From the NCBI GenBank assembly GCA_000320545.1, contig ADNK01001706.1:1-64000 (forward strand): a stretch of 64,000 nt of DNA. Reading direction: 5' to 3'. The stretch comes from Bigelowiella natans CCMP2755. Its lineage: Eukaryota > Protista > Cercozoa. A model generated the notes under the pieces. It ran no database searches. It was not told the origin of the DNA and saw only the letters and a list, made by a program, of their open reading frames with translations. This document shows positions 36,171 to 49,164 of the stretch, one piece after another (position 1 is the first letter of the stretch; each line of letters opens with the position of its first letter). The translations under genes were made by a program, and so were the position numbers.

Positions 36171-36329
36171 AGTTGCTAGGTTGTTGTCCCACGATGCTTC
36201 CATCCGCACCAATGAAAGACTTCTTTCTTTCTTTCTCAAACTGCACTTCCAAAGCGTTGCAAGACACACACACAAACACACAAACAGAGAGAGCAAGCAA
36301 GAGGGCTAGAGGGGTGCCCGACACAAATT

Positions 36330-36945
36330 GGGCACTTGCATGACATGCGCGACGTGTTGCAATGTTCAATTTGAACAATCACCACGTGAGCACTCGTTTC
36401 AAACTTCCCGCATGAGTTACATGCGTCGCATCTATACATCGACTACAGACACAGCATGCACAATGTGTGTACATGGATGCGCATGCACTAGTGCATGCGC
36501 GACACGCTGTCAGCGCCATTCTCTGGTTCTGCGCTGTCCAGATCTGGAGTTGTCTGTGGGGGTGCTAGCGAGTCTGCAACCGCTGTTGCTTCCTTTGTGA
36601 CAGCCAAACAGCAAATGTGTTGCCAGGTGTTGCGCCAGATGTCGAGCTTGCACTGCGCCAGCTAGCTCGATGCAGCACTAGCTGTCTCCGAATCCTAGAA
36701 TCAGCCAGCCGCACACAAGTGTTGCAGTTTGATCACATGCTAGCAGCATGCCAGCGTGCGTGTAGTTAGGCATCAAGCTACTGATTTGCGCTGTCGCTGT
36801 CGCACCCATGCACATGCATCGCTCCTGGCCATGCATCGCATGCGCACTAGCTCGCGGCACGATCAACGCCCCCTCTAGCCCTCCCCCCCAAGAAGCTAGC
36901 CACGCGTTCATTCTCGCACCAGCTCAATGATCTGCGTCGCAACGT
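36330..36945. other. TpA-eroded, CTAG-rich domain
   Basis: TG/CA-rich; most TA in CTAG. Confidence 0.65.
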
Positions 36946-37482
36946 GAACTTTTATCGTTATGTGGTTCAACACAAATACGGACTTAGCGCAAGTTCAAAC
37001 ATGATGAGATGCATGACGTGTGCGAAGCAAGCCACGCGTTCTCACGATCTGAATCTCTCAAAGATGTCCAGCTGGAGCGAACTACAGCGGAGACGATGGT
37101 GTTGCATTTCTACCAGCGCGAGAGCAAAAACGTTGTGCGGGAAAAATCCTGCATCAGCACCTGACATGTGCCGTGGCGGCATGCTGGCTGCCGGTTTCCT
37201 CGGAGGGAACGAGGAGGGGCAAGTCCCTCTCACCAGCCCGCCACCTCCATATCACTCATTAAACAATATAACAGAATAACATCTATCGTTCAGCAACACA
37301 ACATGAGTATAATGGAAAGCTACTTGAGGCATATAAAAATTCATCCTTGGATGAATTTTTTCTTTGCTTTATAATACGACACTGTACAAGGCATGAAAAA
37401 CTTGCAAGTCTTATCAAGGTGCTTCTTGGTACCAAGATTATTACGCATTTCCATCTGTAATTCCCCCAACCTCTATTCCTCT

Positions 37483-37955
37483 CTATGGTTCGTAGTCATC
37501 ATCATCTGAGTAAGAGTAATTTTTATTTCTAGTGCTAGTTCTTTCCCGCCTCCGCATAGGGCGGTCTTGGATCTCGTCCTGCCCATCCTCCTCCTTAACC
37601 TGCATGATATACCAGCATTTATCAATATATATGTTTGAAATTTAGAAGGTGAGAAGCCATTGTTTAATAACTTTGAGACCTTCGGGGCAGTGGTGGAGGA
37701 GGTGGAGAAAATCCTGTCCTTTTCAACTATCTTCGCCCTCCGGACATTTTGACCTTGTTTTGGTTTTGCTGCATTATATCCTTCCCATCCTTTAACTACA
37801 TTACCATAATGACTAGTATCTGCGATATATGCCTCTTCAAGTTCGAATAATTGGCGCTCGGTGGACTTGAGGTCTTCTTCAATCTGTTGCTTACGCTGGA
37901 GAAGTGCTTTCATTTGTGCAGAGAACGAAGTCTTCGGATTCGCACTACTTTTCAT
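37483..37955 (-). CDS. EAF6: NuA4/MYST HAT complex subunit Eaf6 (MEAF6), 2 exons
   Basis: LLQRKQQIEEDL...ERQLFELEEAYIADT.HYGNVVKGWEGY...DRIFSTSS; intron 37679-37600. Confidence 0.92.
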
Positions 37956-38373
37956 GTTTTTTGGAAATATATCGGCCGGGAACACTCTTCAATTCCCGGA
38001 GCTGCAAATATTCCAGCCAGCCCGTTTCAATTTATTTCCTGTTTCACAATGTTGCTTCTTACACAGAGCCGTGCGGCGCCATCCAGGCTCACAATCAGGT
38101 TTGAACGTGCGTCCGCCATTATTCATTGTCGCAGATAAAAACAGGACCCCTTTCATACCATACAATCTCATTGCTCCTTTCCCTGCCAGGCAAGATTTCA
38201 TTTGTCGTACGCGTGATTAGTCCTCGCATGCATTCGACATTTCAAAGATGTAATTCGTGTCGTAGATTGCAAATGTAGGCCGTTTGTTCAACGTTGCATC
38301 GGTCGGGTGAGAAGGATACGACTCGTACCCCAACCCGAACGTACCTTGTCCACGCGAGGGGCTCATCCTCAGA

Positions 38374-40170
38374 AATGGAAAATAATATGGAAAAGAATTG
38401 CGGGGAGAAAAAGAAGGAACGCAAAAGATCGAGCCGAGAGGTGAGCCTTTCTAAGAGAACGCTATGCGAAGCGGCGGCGTTCGCTGAGTCGGGAACAAAG
38501 GAAACAAAGGCGCGAAGGAAAACAGAAAGAAGGTCTCGAGTGCAAAGCAAAACACCTATGTGTGAGGCGATTCGGGGAGGGAAGGGGGGAGGGGGAGAGG
38601 GGGGAGAGGGGGACGGATATGAGGACGGTGGAGTCGGATTTATAGACAAGTAAAGTGTTTGTGGCATCATCATCATCATCATTTCTCTTTTTCTTTTTAC
38701 GTGGTGCTCGTTCTCCCGTGCAACAGCCCTTTGATCGTTACGTCTCCTGTACTTGCCATACATTTTGTCTCTGGAATTGCTCCCCCCACAGAGAGCGGCA
38801 TGCAAAGCGAGTATTCAGCAGGGAATACGAGCGATGCTAGTGAAAGAAGTCATGGCCGCCGGTCTCGCCCCCATCGCCGCCGCTCTCCCGCCTCCCCTTC
38901 CTTGAGATCTGCGTCAAGTCGAAGTGTGAGTCCTGGTCGAATGGCGGAGGGCGACAAGGCCGCGCCGCCCCCTTTGGAGGCTTGACATCGACTGACGTGC
39001 TTTGGGAGTGTGATTTGTGCAAGTTTGCGAAGAACCCTGACACGTGCGAAACCTGTGTGCGATGCGGATCTTACGGCGTTGTCGGGGGTGAGGAGGAGGA
39101 AGACTGGGAAGGCGCCCTCAAAGAGGAGCAGGGGTTTCCTTGCTCGGAGAACGATGAGGATGACGACGAGAATGGCGACGTGGGGGATGAGAAGGGCCAG
39201 GAAAGCTACTTGGACGAGGACGAGCTTACTTGGTTATTTTTCCAGTGCCTGAGAGAGCCGTGCAGAGCAGCCATGTGTCTACGCTGCGACAAAATGGTTG
39301 ATACGAGCAAAATGACCATGCACGACTGCTCGGGGACAATGAAGGCGTTAGATCTCTACAATAAGGCCATGGAAATTATCAACAACTCGACTTGGCAAAT
39401 TTGTCCCAAGTGCAAAAGAAGGGGTATCAAAGACCTCAACTGCACGCACATCACCTGCGATTGGTGCCTCTGCAAATGGTGCTACATGTGCGGCGGGGAA
39501 CTCACAAAAGGACATAACAATTGGAATAATTTGAATGATAAGAGGAAGAAAGAAGGGTGCTGCCCTCAGTATCTTAGAAAGCTATATGACCCAACTGGAA
39601 ATGATCCTGCGACTGCTCTCAAAATCTTTCATCTACACCGATTGGTGCTCGAAATGAAAAAAATTATTAGTGAGTTGTTCCACGAGGAGAAGAAGGCCAC
39701 GTTTACGAAAATGGTGAAGCGGTACATGCCCGCTGGCATCGCGGAGGACATGGCAGCTTTCAGACAGCTGCAAGATGTCATTAAACGATACTTCAAGAAG
39801 TCTGACCAGGCGTGGATTCCCGTCAATTCCTGGGATTGGATGTCTGCCAATGATAATGATGGGGCCCCGCCTTTATCGGTCGCCAGTGGAGAGGTTGAGA
39901 GCGTGAGGAGGGAACAGGTGGATGTTCCGTTAGTAAGACGAGCGGCAGAACTAGAAAGAGAAATTGAAAGAGAACAAGAAAGGGCACGAGATATGGCACG
40001 ACGAGGTAGGCAATGAAGGATGCGAAGGCGAGTAAGTACGGCTTTGGTTCATCACGGGCAAAGGCAAGGACGAGGAGGACCAAACGGGATAGGAGCTAGA
40101 TGGCGAGGGCGAGGGCTAAGATGAGCATTCGGAAGAGCATGGAGCGGGGAACATCCGATGTAGGTCTGTA
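38374..40170 (+). CDS. RanBP2-type zinc finger plus IBR/Rcat (RBR-like) protein; boundaries approximate
   Basis: WECDLCKF.N...TCVRCG; FFQC..PC..AMCLRC..HDC; CPKC..GIKDLNCTHITCDWCLCKWCYMCG in ORF 38982-40016. Confidence 0.65.
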
Positions 40171-40715
40171 GAGCTTCATGGGGCGCCAGACGACGCAGCG
40201 TCGTGGCACTTGCACATGCTTAGCATGCAAATTAACTGCGCATGCATGCACGCACTGTGCATGCTGAGTCATCCACCTCTTTATACGTGCAGGGTGGTCA
40301 AAGACGCATATCTAGACAAGTAGACCTGTAATAGACATGATATTACGTTGTCTATGATGCATGCTAGCTTCAATTGTCATGCGTGCACGATAATTGCAGC
40401 ATTTTGATTGGGCTAACATAAAGCTAACGTCAAGTGTAATCGCGATTTCATGCACTGATTCGTGATGCATGCATTCATGCTTACAACTAGACAATATAAA
40501 AAGCGCAGCATGTATTAGTCACTAGCATAGAGCAGCATAGATTCGGTCCGCCTGATTACTACGCGTAGTTGTCGCAAGATTTGAACAAGTCTTGTCGCAA
40601 AAGTAATAGCAATAAATGGAGACAGCCAAAGCTAATAAGCACGTTTCGTGTGTAAATGGGATTTTGACGTGACACATACAGTTTAATGACTAAAGTTCAA
40701 TCTCGCCTCAGACAA

Positions 40716-42500
40716 TCAGAAAACAGCGGCATACCGCTCACAAATAGCTGCCTCATCGAGATCCTTCATCACATCCACTTCGTGGCGCTTGTGCTGAAGG
40801 TACAGGTCGGCAAGCTCGCGTGGAATGAGCTGATTTCTCAACCCCTCGTCCTTCTCAAACCGATCAAGAGCGTCGCCTAGCGACAGAGGCAGCCTCTCTA
40901 TTCCCATCGAAGCAAGCTCCGCCGCTTCCAACACGCTCAGATCCTCGTGCGTAACCGTCGGTGCTGAGAGCTGGTGTATCACCCCTTGCGTCCCTGCCGC
41001 CAATATGGCCCCGAGCTGCAGATAGGGGCTGGCGGAGCAGTCGGAGGCGCGAAACTCAAGGTTTGTCCCCGGTGCAGGATCTTTGCCTTTTCGCTCGTCC
41101 CCAGGGCAGATGCGCAAGGCCGCCTCGCGGTCTCGATATCCAAGGTTGTTGAAGGGAGCAGACCAGCGGTGGGGGACAAGGCGCTGGTAGGACACAACGC
41201 TGGAAGCAGTGATAGCGATAATCTGGGGAAGAGCTCGAAGCACGCCGGAGGCAAACTGCAGAGCAGGCCTTGACAGTTTGCTGGTGGAGCTCGCGTCGTA
41301 CGTGATGGGGCGGCCGTTCTCCCAAAAGCTCAGGTGTATGTGTAGGCCGTTTCCGACCCCACCCGCCGTGCGGAGCGGCGTGAAACTCACCCTTTCACCG
41401 AAGCGAATTGCTGTCTCGCGAACGACCTGGCGCAGCACAACGGCCTGGTCAGCAGCTTCCAGAGGCGGTTTGGGGGATATTGTCACCTCACACTGCCCCG
41501 GAGCAGCTTCTGGCATGAACGTGTCAGGATCAAGCCCGGCTGCTCGAAGCGTCGCCAGCAGCGTGCGTGCGAAAGGGTGCACCTTCAAGAAGGCCGCTAG
41601 ATTGTACGCACAGCTGGGCGAGTGATCGGCGCCGCTGTAGTAGAATTCGTGCTCAAAGGCTACAAGGACATCTATCCCCGTCAGCTCGCGAAGCCTGCAA
41701 GGATTACAGGATAGGGCAACATCGAAGTTAATAGATGGGTGTGAGCATATTTTTCTTTTTGCGATCTGAGAGTTGTGATGAATGCCGGCAATGCACCGTT
41801 GGGCGACTTCTTCGGTTTACCGAGTTATGCTGTTGCGAAGATACGAGCGGAGGCAGCAGTTCCAGTCGGAGCCATCCGGGTTTTTTAAGTCTCCAAGAAC
41901 AAAGCGCTGCGCGGGCGTTGTGCCGTCTTTGAAGTCGATGCTGTATTCTGCTGACACGTCGGGCATGAGAGTGAGATCTCCTAGACTTCCGTATGGCGTG
42001 GGCGCGATGTCCCCAAATGAGGTCAGCTGGATTTGTGTCGGGCACCATCTGAGGGGAAGAGTGTGTGGGCGCGTAGGGAAAGGGGGGGGGGGGGGGACAC
42101 TCATCAACATTTTTATTCGTTCGAGGTGCAGTGAGACTTGCTATGGATTGTACCCAATTCCATCCCGCAAGCGCTTGGCCCTTTGAGCTTCGGGAAAGGC
42201 CTTGCCTCGAATCTGGCCTGATATGTCGGAGCACACCGCCATCACCAACTCCTCTCCACGGGGCTGCTGCCTACTCTGCGCTTCCGTGTGGATGCAGGCC
42301 ATGTGGACGAGGAAGGGAGGGGGGGAGGGTAAGGCTGCAGCGCCGCCGGCGCGTGCTCTTCGTGTGCACCGGCGCATCACAGCATTGAATGCCAAAAAGA
42401 GCACGTCCGCGATTTGTCTGGACCAGTCAAAGCAGATGCACGCAGAACAAATTTCATGCGAAATTCGACCGACGACAACCTTTTGGTTGGGGCTCGCCAT
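40716..42500 (-). CDS. Glutamine-synthetase-like gamma-glutamyl ligase (bacterial GlnA/PuuA-like); start at 42500 or 42302
   Basis: SDISGQIRGKAFP, GDLTLMPD, FEHEFY, EAAPGQCE, GNGLHIHLS, YQRL, DREAALR, NLEFR..D.SASPYL; at least two spliceosomal introns. Confidence 0.9.
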
Positions 42501-42630
42501 AAAGTGACGCGTGACGTGTTTGTGTGAGTTCGTGACAGCCCGTTTCAGCGTGGTGCCAGAATCAACCGACTTCCAATGGACTTCCTTCGCGAGGCTGTTT
42601 GCTTGTCACCTGTTGTTGTTCTTGTTTTGA

Positions 42631-43836
42631 ATGGGAAATGAAACTCGGCTTGAATTTGTCGCAAGGAAAGCCTACGCCCCAAGAATTATCAATCGTGCCG
42701 TAGATGCACGGGAACATTCTCCTTGCGACAACACAATTTCAGCTTTTTTTTATCTAATTCTAACTTCAATTTTGGCATTGCATCGCCGAAGATGTCACGT
42801 GTCCTGCTCCTCTTGTGTGGGCTCGGGGCCTCTGCTCGCCCCCCTCTCACCTCTCTCAAGCCAGTATCCCACGGTGCAACATTTCCCTTTCTATGATAGC
42901 TGTTTGTTGTCGTCATCGAAGCCACGCCTCGTTTTTGACCCTCCCTCCAACCTCAGGCTCTTCTTCGAGGTGCGCGTCGGCAGTAGGGATCATCGGAAAG
43001 GGGCTCTCTTCGTCGCACATGGGCAGTAGGCTACGTGCCGTCCAAAAGCAGCCCGGGGCTACCCCTCTCCAGCGAAACATGAAGACATGGGCATTTTCCG
43101 GCTCCGGATTCCCAAGGTTTGAAACCTTTTTTGGGCAAAGCTCGTGACTGTGACTATGTCCTCCCCCCCTTCCGCAGCAACTACAACGATGTCGTGAGGA
43201 GGGCTTCAGGAGCGGTGAGGCAGATGATTGAAGATGGGAAACAGCTGATCGAGGTATCATAAGTTTTAAAGTCATCGATATATGCTGCTGCAGTGTGAAA
43301 TGACGCGGCATGCGCCAACGCATGAAGCATCCGTTGTATGGTTTTCGGGATAGATTGAATTCCCGGTCACGGGGCTTGCTGCAGTGCCTGGTGATGGAGA
43401 AGGGGCAGGGGAAATGACCCTCTCTGCTCAGGTGAGCGACGCTTGTTTTCGTGGAATCCTCTGTGCCGAGATTTGTATCTGCATGTTCTGTTTCCTGCTG
43501 CTAGCATTCATGTGTCAATCGCTTTTCCAAATTTTACCCAGAGCTTATCACTGTGACTGAGAGAATCACTTTTCGCTTAACTTGTCAAAAGTATACTCGG
43601 GAAATACTGATTGCGATGGAGAGCATGAACAGGCGCACGCGTGTATTCTTCCCTGACGAGCAAGAGGTATGTTGTCTCCCGAACGGTTACCACAAAACAT
43701 AACATCTATGATGCCACTGCCGCATTCAATTTGGAAGCATAGCCTTTTGGGCCAAAAATTATATGAAAAACTGACTCACTATATGAAAATAGTCATGTAT
43801 TGTATTCAGAAGGGAGGAGAGAGGAGGAGAGAGGAG

Positions 43837-43869
<33 letters not shown>

Positions 43870-44024
43870 AAGCAACAGAGCGATCATGTTCTCACCAACA
43901 CCTACTAGCATGAGAAATGTTGTCGTTGGTAATAGGCCAAACGGCAGACTAAACTCTTCAAGGATGTGAACAACATCAAAATCGATTTCCTCACCCGCCC
44001 ATCTCCTCTTGGTACATTAGTGCA

Positions 44025-44066
<42 letters not shown>

Positions 44067-44091
44067 CATATATGAGAGAGAGAGAAAGAGA

Positions 44092-44141
<50 letters not shown>

Positions 44142-45621
44142 GTTTACAGTTGCTTTGAATAAGGACAGTTTATTCAAAAACCTGGTCTCATATATTGTGA
44201 TCAAAGCTTCGACTTATCAAAAATTCTACTACTACTACCACTACCACCGTCTACAGTGGGTTGAATCTCTTCCTTACATTTCTTCTCTGCTCTTTACCGG
44301 TGGTGAGATGGCCCTTGTGCACATCGCGCTATCTTCCACTGATGCTGGGGATTTTCGGACGATGAGTCAGAAACACATTGCGATTAATGCGTGGAATATG
44401 ATTTCAGGCGACTTAGGGCTGGACCCATTCAAAGTCGAGATGCGCGATCGCATCAAGGTCGACGACGAACTCTTCGTCATCGGTAGCCTTCCCACGTGCC
44501 GTGCACGCCGCAAATGCCTTTCTCGAGAAGGAGAGCAATCAACTACTGGCCGCGCGCGTCGCAATTGGGCCGCCTACGTCCTCTCACATTGCCGTTGTCA
44601 ATGTCGTTGCGTCCTTGTTTCGACTGACCTATTTCTCGCCGTTGTGATCTTTAATTTGTTGGTGCCGTATAAGCCTATCCTTCCTTCAACCCGAACGAGA
44701 TGATAGCTGTGCGGGAACTTGCAGACCAGGATGATATGCGAAGGTAGGTTTGCTGATATGTTCAGCATTTATTGCTTTGCTAGGAGACGAATCTCCCAAA
44801 GCATAGTGTCCGTCTTTATCAAACTTTGGCTCCACCCCCAACCCCTCCCCCCTTCCCCATCCTTCCTTATCTGCTTCTCCATATCAGACCAATAATCGTG
44901 ATAAACGGGGAGCTTGACCGGATAAGATCAGGTGTAGATGCATACAGTATACAAAGTTAATCGCGAGTATGTAACGGTTCGTGCATCTACCTCCCGCATA
45001 TGTCTGACACATATTTTCCCCGCTGGGTCGGTAGGGTATTACCCAGCGTTTTTCTATCCGCGACTCCAAGGAGCGATGAAGGGCTTCCTCGAGAATTTTG
45101 ACCAGGCACTGTATATACACAACTTCAAGGGCACACGGGGAGGTGCGACTCACCCTTTTAGCAATGGAGGGAAATCCTCGTCATCCTCATCACCCTATAT
45201 GGCGGTTGGGGAAAATTATCATCATCCTCGTCACCATTTATCATCGTCATTCGCTTGAGACTTTTTGAGAGCAATGTGAACATCGCCTAAACAATAGGCG
45301 CTCTGTTGCGGACATATCCTGGAGAGTACCAAGTCTTCAGAAGAGATGGTAATAAAATGCGTGTGTGCTGGGTGGGGGCTAGGGAGGGCGGCGGAGCTGC
45401 GCCTTGGATGTAAAACAAGATAGAATGTGCAGACGAAGGAGTCAGCTAACTGGAAGCTGAATCGAATTTTCCCTCCCTACCCTAAATTTAAGAAAATATG
45501 TTCTCCATTATTAATTTCCTCTACACTTCTGTTTGAATGTTGATTTCCCTATAATTCTGCCTCTCTCTCCCCCTCCCTCTCTCTCTCTCTCTCTCCCTCT
45601 CTCTCACCCTCTCCCTCTCTC

Positions 45622-45662
<41 letters not shown>

Positions 45663-45820
45663 CGTGATGGCTACCGTTTTGTCTGTGTGCCTTTTACTCT
45701 GGATTGCACACGGGTGCGACTTTATGTTCAGGCCTGGGCATCGATGTTCGAGAAGTTCATTCGCAAGAAAAAATGCCTTCCTTAAAGGAGGTGTCCCTCG
45801 AGATATTACCACGTTACTGA
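42631..45820 (+). CDS. LPA3: LPA3-like (DUF1995) plastid protein with bipartite-type leader, multi-exon
   Basis: FPSNYND..DGKQLIE|IEFP..GLAAVPGDGEG, RTRVFFPD, IDFLTRPS, AYPSFNPNEM, INGELDRIRS|GYYPAFFYP, YIHNFKG, MPSLKEVSLEIL*; these match plant/algal LPA3 as I recall it. Start codon uncertain. Confidence 0.88.
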
Positions 45821-45829
45821 GCAACAATG

Positions 45830-48500
45830 TATGCCAATGCAGCGGCAGCAGCTTTTAGCAAATGAAAAAAATGCATTGCTTGACGACACCACAACAATGA
45901 CCAAGTTGGTGAGGGCAAGAGGTGCAAATGTTGGGGAAATCCCTGTCAGCGGTAGGGTGGGGAGTGGCACAAGCCCCTTCAGGGATTGCATCATGAAGCC
46001 ACGTGTCTATGCATCACGGCAAAGTTTCTGAACACACGGAGAGCATGCACAGTGCTAGAGTGCAACTTGTGCATGGCATGAGCTGCTGTGACTAGAATGA
46101 GATGTTTGGCAGCAGCAGTGCATGCACTATGCCCCACATTTCATTTCCTAACTACAATCAGTAGCGAGATTTCAAAAAAATGCGCAACATGAAAATTTGC
46201 CTACTGACGACCCACTGCTGAACTGAATTTCTAGAATGACATGATGAAAATCACAGGCACATGACATGTCTTTTGTGAAAACAGTCTTTGTCAAAAATGA
46301 CACAGCAAAATCCCAGCAAAAACACTTGATCCATTCACCATTGATCGTTTTGATGTGAGATGCGATGTCATTGAGGTTTTTGACAAGTTTGAAACAATTG
46401 CTTTTTTCTTCGTCCATTGTTCTGAACCTGTCTAGATGTGTTTGTTGTGAACAACCGCAATGAACGTTCATTGTGTTCCACTTCCTTTTTTTCCTCCTCT
46501 GGTTCTTTGATTTTGTCACCAAGCTAGTGAGCACGCACGATTGTCATGAACCACAACTCTGAAGTTTCGTGGTGATGTGTGCCCATCGTGTTTCTCAGGT
46601 TTCAGTTTGTCAACTGAATTGTGCACGCTGTGGCCGCACCGTCGTTTGTGTGAAAGCTGGCACGTGGTGCTCACATCATCGTGATGCACAGCAAATGGAT
46701 TCCAGCAATTGGGGAGCAGCACTGACAGTGCACAGCCTGACGTGAACGTGACCGGGAGACCAGCGAACGACGTTTCAGTGGTCTTGTTGGCTGGGGTTCA
46801 AGCACACAAGTTTCCACAAGCACTCGATCCGAAGCACGTGTGACACACTGTCACTCACATCGAACAACGTGTGGACGCATCCTTCCGGCACGTGAGTTGC
46901 CGTTTTGATTTTGAGTGACACCGATGTCCAAGCGAGCACAGTTGACAGCCAGGAACACCAGTGACGTGCTGCGTCTGAACGCACCAGCACGTGTCAGCTG
47001 GCCAGCTGGCGGGGTCGCATGTGTCGTGTGTTTCACATCGTCACTGAGAGGGCGAGGTGCATCTGTTGAGCACCCAGAGCTGAGAGAGTTGTGAGGCGTT
47101 GCACCTGCGAACGAAGCACAAAAATCGACATCGATCCGTGCTGGCGGCGTCCCTGCTCACGTTCCGTTTTTGAACGGTGCTTGTGATGGTTCAATTGATC
47201 AAGTTCTCCACTGCAAGCTGTTGCATCTCCGGCAAGGAAAGTGAAGGAGAGGATGGAAGGCGATTGAAAATTGAACATTGAACATTGAGCTTCGCACTGA
47301 TGATGGCATGTCCATTGTGCTGTTGCAAAAACCACAAGCGCAAGAACAATGAACAATGAACGATGAACAAAGCGTTGATCAAATCTGCATGCGCCAGAAC
47401 CACATGGGAGACAATGAACAATGAACAATGAAGAAAGCGTTGATCAAAACTACGTGCGCCAGAACCACATGGGAGACAGGCATTTGCACGCAGCAGAGCC
47501 TCAACAACACTCGTTGCAAGAACTTGTCAGCACCCTGTTGGTGAGAGACACAAAAAATCAGCCGCATCCCCTGAAATTGGCATGGATGCCGATCAATGGT
47601 GCCGTTGAGATGTGAATTGGTTGGAACTGAAGCTGGCATCTTGGATGCCGAACCGCAGCAAAAGTGTCAAGCAGGACAATGGTTCGACGGAAAGCCCTGT
47701 CGATTTCTTTGTCAGTCGAAGGGACACCAGATGTGGCCCCCAAAGCGAGGCAAAACTTGTCATGGGAAGACATGGCAGAGAAAGCACGCAACGTGACCAC
47801 GTCATCATTGGCATCAGGTTGATGACGAGACACCAGGTGACGAATCCTGGTCCAAAAACGGTCTCTGATGTCACACGTTCCTTGGCAGGAGAACAAAAGG
47901 TGCATCAGGGACACGTCTTCGTGAGAATCGCACAAGGAGCACCAGCCCTCATGTTGCTCCAGTGCGAAGAATCTGGCAGTGTTGTGACGCCACCACAAGG
48001 CTCCACAACGAGCTTGGAATTTGAGGGACACACCACGGGCATCGTTCCATTCATCGAGGTGCTTGGAGCAGTGAAGATGGGCCGGTTTGCCCACTTCCCC
48101 CTGGCTCCAAGATTGCAGCTTGGAAATCGGCTCCCACGACCGAACTTCCAAAAGATGCCGAAGAGAATGCATTCTGCTCACCTGGGCACGCACCAAACGA
48201 GCATCGCGAGATGCAATTGAGGAGGTTTGAGAGTTCCATGCCGCAACCCATTCCGTCAAGGAGACAGGCGTTTGCGAAGCACACGGGACACAAATGTTGG
48301 AAGCTCTCAAAAGCACGGCATCGTGAACACCGAGGTCGTAAAAACCCCAATGCGCGTAATCGTGCCATTTGTTCTGCGCGACAAGCAAGTTTGATGCTGT
48401 TTCATCGCATTTCACCTCACCTCCTCAACCAGAGAGGAAGAAAGGACGACCAACGGGGATTTCCAAGCACCTCGCTGCAAACACCGACGATTCTCTGACT
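45830..48500. other. TpA-eroded domain containing gene and TE relics
   Basis: 46530-48335 (~1.8 kb) has a single TA (47451) by my count. Confidence 0.92.
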
Positions 48501-48570
48501 AAGACGGTTAATTCCATGTCGCAGGGTCAACATCACCTCGTCTTCACTCAGTCTGTCATCCATCATCGGT
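47260..48570 (-). mobile_element. 5'-truncated non-LTR retrotransposon (LINE) relic: ORF2 C-terminus and repetitive 3' tail
   Basis: ORF 47558-48415 with LKFQARCGAL..CSLC..EDVSLMHLLFSC..IRDRFW (C-terminal CCHC finger of LINE ORF2), followed by 7-mer tail repeats (aacaatg)n and a ~60-bp tandem duplication. Confidence 0.7.
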
Positions 48571-49164
48571 CAGTGTCGTCTACCTGGACCGTACATCCTG
48601 GGGGCGAGTCAGGAGAAACCAGCTGCTGGTTGGAAAAGCACGGTTTGTGCGTGGGAATCCTTCGCGGCATGGAGGCGGTTTTCCACCTGCGTCGAAGAAA
48701 CAAGCAGGGAAAATAGCCCAATTCGGAAAGCACCCGCAATCTCATTACAAACATAAATTGAGAGTCGGTATTTACTCGCAGCAATAAGAGTCAGTGCTGT
48801 CAGCCCGCTGGGTTTTCCTGCCCCGAGGCTCTTTTTCCCTGCCTCGAGGCTCAATGCGGGCATGTTTGGGCCAAAACGCCCTGCGTTCGAGCCGGCTGCT
48901 CCACAGGCGACGTCCGCGCGAATGCGGTTACGTGTTCGCAGGCCAGAGCAAGCCGAAGCTCAAAGCCCATACTTGTAGCTCACAGCAGATCGAGACTCGA
49001 GGCGAAATAGGAGCAAGGAGGTACGGCCTCAGCGCCCCGTTCACTTGTCCGCCAAGCACCGCGAATGCAGCCTTACGCGCGCCTCTAGAATGTGAAGAGA
49101 GATAAGAGAGAGGGGCGCGGGGTCGATTTGCAGCTGACTGAGCCCATTTTTCTTTACGACAGGG

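Noticed and set aside
47340-47480. Repeat-spacer-like arrangement resembling a CRISPR array
   Set aside because: Only two units of a tandem duplication at a LINE tail, eukaryotic context, no cas genes.
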